From assembly GCA_000708835.1 (NCBI GenBank), contig DF237163.1, positions 12,673-76,672 of the forward strand: a stretch of 64,000 nt of DNA, read 5' to 3'. The first letter of the stretch is position 1, and every line of letters begins with the position of its first letter. The notes beneath the pieces were generated by a model that saw only the letters and a program-made list of their open reading frames with translations, was not told the origin of the DNA and did not search any database. Origin of the DNA: Klebsormidium nitens (lineage: Eukaryota > Plantae > Klebsormidiophyceae). Shown one piece after another: positions 1-10,262 of this stretch. A program made the translations under genes and the position numbers.

Positions 1-269
1 CTCTTAGTGACATACAGTCGTTGCGTTCTTTAGAGAATCCGTTTTGCTTGCATTGCTACGGTCGTACGAGGCTGCATGGCAGCGACGCCTAGCGGCACGA
101 CACACATGCGTTAACCGAGAGCTGTCAGGAACCTGTCATCTTGGGCACACGCTCCTTTTCAGATCAATTGAATGCAAAGAAAAAGGTCATGAAACGGTTG
201 GAAGAAAAACAACACCCGGAACGCGTGGCTCCTCTTGATATAGCTCAAATAAGTTTCATATTATGTCCC

Positions 270-400
270 CTCAAACCAGCTTCCATAACCCCGGCCCTAA
301 AGTACTAGAGTTTATAGAGAGGCCGGCGAAAAGCGAAACCGGCTTCCATAACCTCTAGGACAAATTTGGGTTCAACCCAAAACCGGCTTCCATGCCCCCC
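270..400. repeat. Three copies of a short motif (AACC[A/G]GCTTCCAT), resembling subterminal repeats of a DNA transposon end
   Basis: aaccagcttccat (~275), aaccggcttccat (~337) and aaccggcttccat (~381) are visible directly; the transposon interpretation is inference. Confidence 0.3.
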
Positions 401-479
401 TCAAAACTTCGGAAAAACGGAGTTCAGTGCACCGCTTTGAAGGTGTTTTGACACGATGCCCTAGCTAAGAAGTAGAGTC

Positions 480-1245
480 AGTATACAGTACAGTATACAG
501 TACAGCTGTAAGGTAGGGCCCGTTGTGACATTGCCAGCATACTAGTTGTGCATCGCGTTCTGATTCTGTGATTCTGTCCATCGTCCATCAGACGCCAGAC
601 TCCGCGGAAGGAGCTCCGAAGTACCAATTTTGGTGCGCTGCGAGACTCGGAGTCTGAAGCACAGCGCGTCGCTAACCGTTTGAGCCAGTGGTACGTACCG
701 TGCAAAGGAGGAAGGGCTCTGACTCGGTACATACCGGCAGTACAAATACCGAACCAGCCTCGAAGGCGCGAACAAGTGCCTGACCGGAAAACCCGGTAGG
801 AAACGTAGTGCTGCCACTTGGCGCTCCGGCGTCCCCTCCGAGTCGACTTCTGGACCCTGGTTGTAGTGTCGACATCACGGTTTGCTTTTCCCCGAGTCCC
901 TCAGGCTACGGTACTCATGTTCAATACAAACGGGACCCAACTTCCAAGTTCCAAATACCGGTCCGTACTGACAATGATAGGCGCCCGGGAGACAGGTGGG
1001 GTTGCTTTGGTGGCTAGGGTCGGTCAGGGTGCGGAGCGCATCATCTTTTGGGTTAGAGTTTTTAGTTTGAGTTCCCCGGTGACTCAGACATTGATTCAAG
1101 TGCCTGTAATACTCAGTACTACGGTACGTTCACGGTTCTGCAAGCGAACGTTGCGCCAGAGTTCCAATACGGTACATACCTATACCGTATGCGGTACACC
1201 GTACACCCTCCCTAGCTGGGCCCCCTCATTATACCGTACGGTAAA
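480..1245. mobile_element. Possible non-autonomous DNA transposon (MITE-like) with imperfect terminal inverted repeats
   Basis: Left end tacagtacagtata...gggccc resembles the reverse complement of the right end (taccgtacggtataatgagggggccc). Interior is rich in GTAC/TACGGTA motifs; no convincing ORF. Confidence 0.3.
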
Positions 1246-3356
1246 TTATTTGAAGGTCTGGAGACGCACATTGTAACAAACACGCAGCCTGTCGATCCAG
1301 TGTCACCATGTCAGGACTACCTACCGTAGACATTTCTAGCCAAGTAGCATTGGTAGGTTTTGTGGAGTTGAGAGGTATTGGGGAAGGAGCGGACGTGGTG
1401 TCTTGCCTGTGGCACCAAGTGTCGGGAATGCCGTGTGCAGTTCATCCCTGATATTACAGTGGGGACATTCTGCTTACAACGACAAACTTCAAGGGGAGCT
1501 GAAATTACTGAAGAAGATTGAGGTAAGCTCCAACGATGCATCGCATGGCTGGTCACATTGTGACCTCTGCTTCATCGGGGCGCCCCATTTTGAGTAAGAG
1601 AAGATTACATCATCAGGCTGGAGAAGCAAGATAGGCAATTAGCTTTGCTGGCGCTAGACAATTCAGTTAGTGGGAACAACGGCGAAAAGTGAACTCTAGG
1701 ACCAATGGTGTATTACAAGTTTCACAAGGATTGTTGAGTGGAGCCCGACACTAATTTTGTGATGCCAATTGGGCATGTTAATAAATGGAGTAGCTGAGCT
1801 CAAGAAATGTACCTACTATCTCTCCGCACGTGTAGTTTGCTTCTCCTAGGCCTCCAACAAGGAGTTCAGACACACAGAGCCAGCAAATCAACCGAAACTG
1901 GTTTGGATTGTGAAGAAGATACTGAGCAACCTTACAGATTCCACAAGGCTTGCTTTCTAAAGCAATTCTGGATCAGCCGCACTCGCATTACTGCTTCGAT
2001 GGGCCTGAAGCTTTCCTCCCAGCTCTCAGATCAGGCTTCAATCTTTCATTTTCTCAGCTTAGGTGACAAATATGGGGCTGGCACTTGTTGCAGTTTGCAA
2101 GGACAACTTATTTACGGTAGTATCTGAAATCCAATCTGCTGGAAGGTGCTTACCACAAGGACAAGTTGATTGGACAGCGCATTAAGTGGACGCCAATGCC
2201 AGTAATCTTGATTCTGTTTCCCGCTTGTGAAGTCTAGGGCGTTGTTACAGATACCATTTGTCTAAGGAAGCAGGGTCAAGCCCAATGACTTAAGGATAGC
2301 AAGCTTCTGCTTTGGTGGACCCTTGTTTACTGTGACCATACTGTCAACACATCATAAGGGCAGCGGTGCTCTATTCTCGCTGGTGTCCTTTGATTTTGAT
2401 TATCCTTGCACAAAAGAGGTGCTTTCGGAGACTATATCAATGCTTGCAGGGCTTCTTGGAAGTGTATAGCTCAACGACGTGCATCTACCACTTTTGATCT
2501 AACCTTAGTCGCTCTACACAGCAAAGAAGTTGCTTTTACCACTTCTGATCTATCGCTGGGCAATCTGCAGAGCTCTGCGGGCAAGATATAGAGGGATTTT
2601 CATTTGGCGGAGCACAACCGAGTGAGAGAGCATTGTCAATATTTCCACCAACCGAGCTCCATAAGCAAGGTAAAACTTCTGGCGCTACTCAATTCAACTC
2701 TACTTAGGTTATGCTGCCAATATTGGCCAGACTATTGTGTATGGGAGTCAAAACTTCTTGTACAACACAGAAAGTTCCTCAGGAAAGTTTGCCACGAAGA
2801 ACGCACAGGACTACCCGTTGTAGTGGAGATGCCCAATTTCTTGTAGGATTTTCCCGGTAGTGTTTTTGTCTAGAGTGGGTGTTTGTCAAAGAGTAGCTGG
2901 CTCTGGCACAAGCTCGCTGATATATTCTGAGGTCCTGTCCCTTTTGGCTCGAGTCGATATACTGCTCTGTAAAGCAGCTGACCAATCACCTCAGATGGTT
3001 GAATCATAACAAGCCGATACATCTTTTAACCACCAGACTTGGTCCGTCCTGCATTAGAGCCTTTTTCCTGCATCAGAAATAGTCTGGAACTCAACGGGGT
3101 GTACTACCTGGATAACAACGTCATGCCTTATAGTGCCTCAAAAAGATTGAGCGTAAAACGTTGGTGTCCCGATTGGTCTCTCCGCTTCTGTCCAGCCACT
3201 CACAGTGGAAAAGCCGTTCCAAAAGGGGTACAATCGTGTAGCCGCTGTCGACGTCCTGCGCTTTATGAAGTATGTTAAAAGCTCTGTCTCAGAGCCTTTG
3301 GCACCAAGTACTGCTTGTATGCCAAGTTCGTGTGTGTGCTGTGCAGATTTCGTTGT

Positions 3357-6300
3357 ATGGCCAATGCTATGGCCGTACAGCGCAATATGGTTGTCCTACT
3401 GGCTATCCTTCTGGGCTCCTTGTATGGCGCAAGTGCTTTTACGATGGACGAGCTTGCCAAGGAGGTCAAGGGGAGCCTCTACAACCAGACGCAAATCATC
3501 TCATCCAGTGGTTACCTACGTGGGGAGATACCTGCAGAAGTGGGACGCTTGACAAACCTCACCGAACTTAGTCTTGATTACCAAGGCCTCACAGGCCCCA
3601 TTCCCCCCGAGCTCGGAAACCTGGTAAACCTTGTTTCACTCAGCCTTAAGGTGAACAAGTTAACCGGACCCATTCCTTCCAACCTGGGCAGCTTGTCGCG
3701 GCTGGTCGAGCTTGACTTATCCGACAACCTTCTAGAGGGCCCCATTCCCCCCAGCCTCGGCAACCTCTCTCGCCTCAGAACCGTCGATTTACGCTTCAAC
3801 CAGTTCAATGCCCCTATTCCCCCCGAATTCGGACGCCTCTCGAGCTTAGAAAACCTTTGCATCAGTTCCACCCAGCTCATTGGCAACATCCCCGCTGAGC
3901 TCGGGGCCTTGTCGAACCTCACCACTCTTGCTCTGCACCGCAACCAGCTCGTCGGCCGTGTCCCTCCCAAACTCGGGAGACTGGCGAACCTTACTGAAAT
4001 GAGTCTCAGGCTCAACCAGCTCGTCGGCCCTATTCCACCGGAGCTGGGTCGCCTTTCCAAGCTCTCTACTTTGTCCCTCTCGTCTAACAACCTCTCCGGC
4101 TCCATCCCCCCCCAGGTCGGCGACCTGACAAACCTGCGAACCCTCAACTTTGAAAACAATAGTCTCTCCGGGGAGATTCCTCCAGAGTTGGGTCGCCTTT
4201 CCAAGCTCTATACTTTGTCCCTCTCGTCCAACAACCTCTCCGGCTTCATCCCCCCCCAGTTCGGCAATCTGACAAACCTGGGATACCTCAGCTTTGCAAA
4301 TAATAGTCTCTCCGGGGAGATTCCTCCAGAGATGGGGAACATGAGGAACCTTTATTTTCTCGACCTTGCAAACAACTTCCTTTCAGGAGCGATACCCACC
4401 TCTCTTGGCCAGTTGACCTCCCTTGGCGTCCTTAACCTTGTCAACAACAGCCTTTCTGGCCCTCTGCCTTCAGAGCTCGGGAACCTTCGCTTCCTCCAAA
4501 ACCTTCTCTTGGCCAATAACAGCCTTTCCGGCCCCATCCCCTCTGAGTACTCCAAGTTCCAAAATTTGAAGCAGCTTTTCCTCAGTCACAATAGCCTCTC
4601 TGGGCACTTGCCTATAGCGCTTGGGAGCTCCGCAAATCTCAGATATATAGGCCTGAGCTGGAACAACCTATCGGGCCCCATTCCTCCCGAGTATGGCGAT
4701 CTGTTCGAAACCCTGTATTACCTTGGTCTCAACAACAACAACCTGTCGGGCACGATCCCCGCCAATCTTGACTACCTGTTTAACTGCAAGGTTGACTTCT
4801 CCAATAATCCGGGGCTGAGTGGCCCAATCCGACCTCTGCTGCTCCAAGTCCGAGAGCAGAATGCCAGCAATATCATGGGCACCAACTTAACGGTGCCTGT
4901 GGCCTCTTGCATCTCTCTCTCTGACTTTGCGGCCCTGACACAGCTCACTGCCCTGTCGTTGTCAAAACGCAACATCTGTGGCACTATCCCCCCGGAGATG
5001 GGCAATCTAACCCGCCTGACGGAGCTTGACCTGTTCAACAACAACCTGACGGGACCCATTCCCCCTGAACTCGGCAAGCTGACTCTCTTAACTGAGATCA
5101 ACCTCGGCTTCAACAACTTGTCCGGTCCCATCCCCACCGAGTTTGGCAACCTCAAAAACCTGACCTACCTGTATCTCTATTTCAACAAACTCAATGGCAG
5201 TATCCCGCCGTCTCTTGGCGACCTGTCGGGGTTGCGTATCCTTGATTTCTACGGCAACAACCTTACCGGTCGCATCCCGCCCGAATTCGGCAGGCTATCC
5301 GAGCTAAGATTCCTTCGCTTGGGAAGTAACCGGCTGACCGGTGGCATCCCTCGCGAAATCGGCAACCTTAGCACCAGCCTGTCACTCTTGGATCTGGAGA
5401 ACAACCTCCTCTCGGGCCCAATTCCCCCGGAGATTAGCGGCTGCCGTTTCCTCGGATACTTTGACCTCGCCAACAATAGCTTCTTCGGCGCATTCCCCCC
5501 CGAGATCGCGGCAAAACCAGGCCTCGTACGCCTCAACCTCTCCTTCAACGCCTTTTCGGGTCCCATTCCCCCCGGGCTAGACAACCAGACCGGCCTAACC
5601 CTTGTGGATCTTCACAGCAACCAATTCACGGGTTCCATCTCCCCTGGCCTCGGCAACGTTCTCTCCCTCGAAACACTAGACCTTCACGACAACAACCTTT
5701 CAGGCCCCATCCCCCCATCCCTCGGCAAGCTAACGGGCTTGACCCTGCTCGATCTCTCCAACAACAGCTTCCTTGCTGGCGCGGTCCCCCCCGAACTAGG
5801 CCGCCTGACGTGGCTCACAGGTCTGGACGTTTCTCTCACCAACGTGTCCGGCCCCGTTCCGCCGGAACTCGGTAACTTGGCCGGAAACATGACGTCACTC
5901 GGGATCCCGGGGCCCTTGCCCCCGTGGCTGGTGTCCTTTAGTAACCTGACGTTCCTGAGGTCGGCGTCTCCTGCTGACGTGGCGGCAGGGGGTTGGCTGG
6001 ACGTGTCTGCCGCTCCAGCGAACTGCCAGTTCATCCGGTGGACGGGAGGCGCGGTGACTGACGTCACGTTCTGGGACGCGTGCACGGGCGGGAACGGGTG
6101 TGTGGTCGACCTTACGGACACCGGATCTAAATTGTCTCAGAGGGCAAAACGCGAGGTGAGCTGGCCGTAACAGCGTACGGACTGATACTTGACAAGTCGA
6201 ATACATAGCTGCAGAGACAAGGGTGTCGATCTCAAGACTTGGCGGGTTGGATTGACAAAAGCCTGCCAGCTTTTAGCAATGGCCGATGGGGGGTAACAAC

Positions 6301-8886
6301 TTGAAGGCTCGTGGAGCCCATACGCTTTGATTTTTGCTTGCACTCAGGTGGTCGGGAGTTCGTTTACAGATGTCAAGCTCATACAATCGACAAGCGTGCC
6401 ATTTCAAGATCGCCATACTGGGTTGAGTACTTTGTCCTGCTTCAGAAAATGAAGCGGTCTAGCCTTGCTTGCCTTTTGTCCTTTTGCATGCTTCTTCAAT
6501 TTGTATCGGTGCTTCCAGTCGGAGCCGACTTTGGATAACGATTCTGTCCATCTTCGATTGTCAACAGAAAGCGAAAAGAGCTTGTACAAAGAGCTCGTGC
6601 CCTGCAAGAGGTCAGTGTCAATTGCAGGGTAAAGGACTCATAATTTTGATTCCTCGTCCTTCCGTCAACCGAAAAAGGAGGATTGTTTGGTTCCGGCCTT
6701 CGTCTCTTGCTAACCCCTGTGTCTGGATTACTCTGACAGTGATGCATTCCCCGGGGAACGAAGCGCTTCGTGACAAAGATAAAGAATCCTGAATGAAACG
6801 CTTTGCGACAAAGATAGAGACTCCTGGACAGAGCTACGAAGTCGGTGAATAAAGTGATAAACTGACAAACGGACCCTATGTCCCCTTTCAGCTGCCTTGC
6901 GGATCAGTCACGCGACTGATCCATTTGTAGCCACTTAAACTCTTTCTCGATTGTGATTCAGAAACAACAGACTACTTGGTCAGGGGTTTGGGTTGGCTCG
7001 CAAGTTCGTCTACTGGCCAAGTTCAGTGCTTGGAGACCATTTCGTCATTCGAGATGGTCCAGATGCCGTCTGGCGGGGGAAGTTGGTCAATTCGATTTAC
7101 CTTTTTGCCACGGCTTTCTGATCTGAACGCGTCTCCCGTATGCAGATCTGCCTTGGCAAGATCTCCGTCTTCCTCGAGGGCGATGCGCCTTCGGTGGTGC
7201 GCGAAACCTTCAACAAAGAGGGCAACCAGACTGGCGTATACACTTCCTACTATCTGCGCAACAAGCGCGGCATATATTTCCTCAACGACACAGGCTTTAT
7301 TGACAGGATCGACCTCGGGCCCGGGGGCGCCGCCTATACCGGGGTGGGTTTCACCCGAGTTCAGGAGGGCAACCTTTGTGGAAACCCGGAGGCGCCCGAA
7401 GTGGTGGCCGTTGTGTACGGCGTCTTCGTCGGCCTCCTGCTGGGTTCCACGATAACCCTTGTGATAACCCTCCGTTGCCGGAAGGGGCGTGAAAAGAACG
7501 AGAAGGGCAACCGGTTTCTTTTCACGTTGGCATCCTATGCTTGGGGTATCGTTAGTGGGGTGATTCCGTGGGTGGACCTGTATACGGACATCACGGTGTT
7601 GGCTCAAGTGTGGGGGGCTTGGCCGATGTGGGTTATCCTGGTGTCGGTGTTGTCGCCTTACGCGGTGGCAGGGTACTACGGCGCGAGAGATGCGGTTAGG
7701 TGAGGTTGAGGACGGCAGCAGCTATGGAAAGCCGGTGCATGTCGGATTGTGAGGGATGTTACGGATTAAGCTTACGCTTGCTGATTGAAGAGCCTGCTTC
7801 TGCCTTTGTGCCCTTGTGACGTCCCGCTAGAGTTTTCACTTTGTTCAGCTCAGGTGTCTAGTGCTCAGCGGCCCGAGAGCGGCCTTCGTAATTCCTGTTG
7901 AGTCCCCCCATGCGACTGAATCAGTCTAAAGTCGAGGCCGAAAATCTCGCACGACGTCAAGATCTTGTCGCGGTCATGTGAGGCATCAGCCGGACATTTC
8001 ACGTGGGGGAAGGGATCCAAAATCTCTTTCTTCGTTTCCAGGAGAACCCGCTTTGAAAGGGCTTTGAAACCTTCAAATGAGACGACCGATCCTCGACCGA
8101 TTCTTGCTGTCGTCCAAAGCGCTTGGTCCCTCTCAGGATAGGACTCGAAACGGGATTGATGCTCGTCATCGTTTGACAAGCGCTGGTCCGTGACTTCTCA
8201 AACCCAGGTGGTCCCTCCGTTTGTCAAAGCGCAAACCCACTATGCCTCCAAATGCAACACATGAACATGTCTCCCTCACCCTTCCCAGGTTCCTCCCGTG
8301 GCGGCCGTTTCGTGGGTTCCGTCGCTTCTTCCCCCCGCCGGACGAAGCCAGCCTGACCCCCCTTCCTCGCGGGCCGGCCCGTTGGGACCAGCGCATCCTG
8401 GCACTTTGCGCGTGGCCTATCGCCACCGTTTGCGTTCCGGTCGGAGACGTCGTGGGGGCGCTCGGGAGAGTGGGTTTCTGCCCGGTGGTGGGCAATCGGG
8501 GCTACAGCCTGGAGTTTTACCTCCAGTCGCGGCTCATGCTGGAGCTGCTTCTCGAGTCTCTGCCCCAGGCGGTCTTCCAGACCACGCTGTATCTGCTAGG
8601 CAGCTCCCGCGCAACGCGGATCTACATCGACGAGCCGATCTTCGTGCGGTCTATCGGCATCTCGCTTGTTAGCATCCTCTTCCAGTACTGCTCGACGCTC
8701 TATGAATCAATGGCGGAACGGCAGCCGTTCTGGCGCTGCTTTTGGCGGCGGGTGCGGCTCGGCGCGGGGCCCTGTCTAATTGTTGCGCCGCCTAAAAGCA
8801 CGGGCGACGATTTTGAGAAGCTGGGACCGGAGGCGAACGATCTGTTGGGAAAGCCGGAAGTCGTTGCTGCAGGTCCGGGATGCTGA
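3357..8886 (+). CDS. LRR receptor-like membrane protein: signal peptide, ~32 plant-type LRRs with an island, Cys/beta-rich juxtamembrane region, TM helix, and XK(Xkr)-related multipass module; no kinase (~1316 aa, 3 exons)
   Basis: Exons 3357-6155 (GAG|gtgagc, phase 0), 7146-7699 (tgcag|ATC ... AG|gtgagg) and 8289-8886 (cttcccag|G) join in frame. LxxLxxLxLxxNxLsGxIP repeats; signal peptide MVVLLAILLGSLYGASA; TM VVAVVYGVFVGLLLGSTITLVITL; motifs WVDLYTDI and LELLLESLPQAVFQ. Confidence 0.85.
4041..4330 (+). repeat. Recent 144-bp (two-LRR) tandem duplication within the LRR exon
   Basis: gggtcgcctttccaagctct...aatagtctctccggggagattcctccagag occurs twice at 144-bp spacing with few substitutions. 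Confidence 0.85.
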
Positions 8887-9049
8887 ATCTGGAGCGGTTG
8901 CACACTGCCTCCGGTGACCCGTTCCGTAAGTACATTGAGCCTCCCGGGCAGACGCAACTACCTGTGGCTCGGGGTGTTAATACAGCGTTCGCTTTGTCGC
9001 CGCAGTCTTATAGTACTAGATGATAGCCTCCATGGACGGGTTGCCTTGG

Positions 9050-9800
9050 CACACAAATAGTGCATTTCTAGCTGTATTTCCTGTCGACTAAATATACATA
9101 TTGATTTGTGCGTAGTCTAGTACTAAGCAATTGAAAATGTTAGACAATGATCTTGGTCGACTATGATCTTGCATGTGAGCGGCCGGCATACAACCAATGT
9201 GGCATACGTACAGAGCACAAACTTCAACAATTCTCATGTTGCACGATGTACATCCGTAGCATGAGCGGCCCGTTTGACTTTGATATGCATGCCGCGGCAC
9301 AGGCGGCGCCGCGGCGGACGCTGCAGCCACGTGATTGTCGATCAAGTCCCCTCTATATTTGATTTGAGACGTACAATACGCTTGCATGTGTTTGAAGTCA
9401 TGCCGGCCGCCTGCTTAGCAAAGATTGGACAATAGAATATGCCTCGACATGTATACGGGAATGAATCAAACATGCACCTCAATGATGCAATTCATTGAAA
9501 TATGCATCTTCAGGTTTCACTGCTACAACTTGCATGAAGCTAGTCAATTGCCAGCTAGTCACGCTCCAACTCACAGTACGTATGTATATGGATATCCTCA
9601 GTCAGTCGCCGCCGCTTCATGTAGCACTCAGCAATTGTAAAGCTAATTAAGATTCAGACGCACTGCAATCGAAGCTGTACGTGTAGCGTTGCGGCCGGGC
9701 CATAGGCGTTTAACTCACTGCAATCTGCAGCATATGGGCCGCGCAACTCCAAGTGATCACACACGTACTATATAGCCGTCAGAGTCAACCAAAACTCTCA
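9050..9800. repeat. Palindrome-rich dispersed intergenic repeat, copy 1 (inverted relative to the ~30.1 kb and ~44.0 kb copies)
   Basis: gtgagcggccggcatacaaccaatgt (~9175) matches the reverse complement of ~44355-44390; tgtttgaagtcatgccggccgcc (~9390) matches the reverse complement of ~44005-44040. Confidence 0.45.
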
Positions 9801-10262
9801 ATCTATGACTCAGATCCTAGGCGACATGTTGGCAAATATGCACTGATGTCGACGAAATGTATGACGACCCACAGCTTCCGAACTCTAACCAGACTGCTGC
9901 TCTGACTGTCACCACTATTCAAAGATCCCACCTAGTGACACCCTGCCAACGATCAATCCCCGTTCAAGGAAAAGACACGTTGGAAGCAATCCTAACTCCA
10001 TTTTCGTGCAAAGAGCAACGGTGGGTCGGGAGGCCACCTTTGGGCAGGCTCAGATTCAACATAGACTCTGATTCCACGCTGGGCTTCAATTGCTCCTAGG
10101 AGCTTTGCCTCTGGGCATTATGGATATCAATAGAGGTCGGATGTAGAATGTTCAATGGAATGACAATCTTCGGCCCTCAATGTCAAAAATCAGCGTTCCT
10201 GCTATATGGCTTTTCTAAAATTCGAGTACTGCAAAAGCATCCTGTCTCAACACAGCCTCAAC

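Noticed and set aside
3578-6121. Several long minus-strand ORFs with repetitive peptides (GGMGPERLL...)
   Set aside because: Antisense shadows of the periodic LRR coding sequence
6156-6170. Stop at 6170 as the end of a secreted LRR-only protein
   Set aside because: A consensus donor (GAG|GTGAGC) at 6155/6156 joins in frame to the TM-encoding exon at 7146; intron retention remains possible but is not the simplest model
6901-6922. Perfect 9-bp-stem hairpin GGATCAGTC-ACGC-GACTGATCC in the LRR intron
   Set aside because: Isolated; no CTRR end or other Helitron/MITE hallmark confirmed, and one such hairpin is plausible by chance in 64 kb
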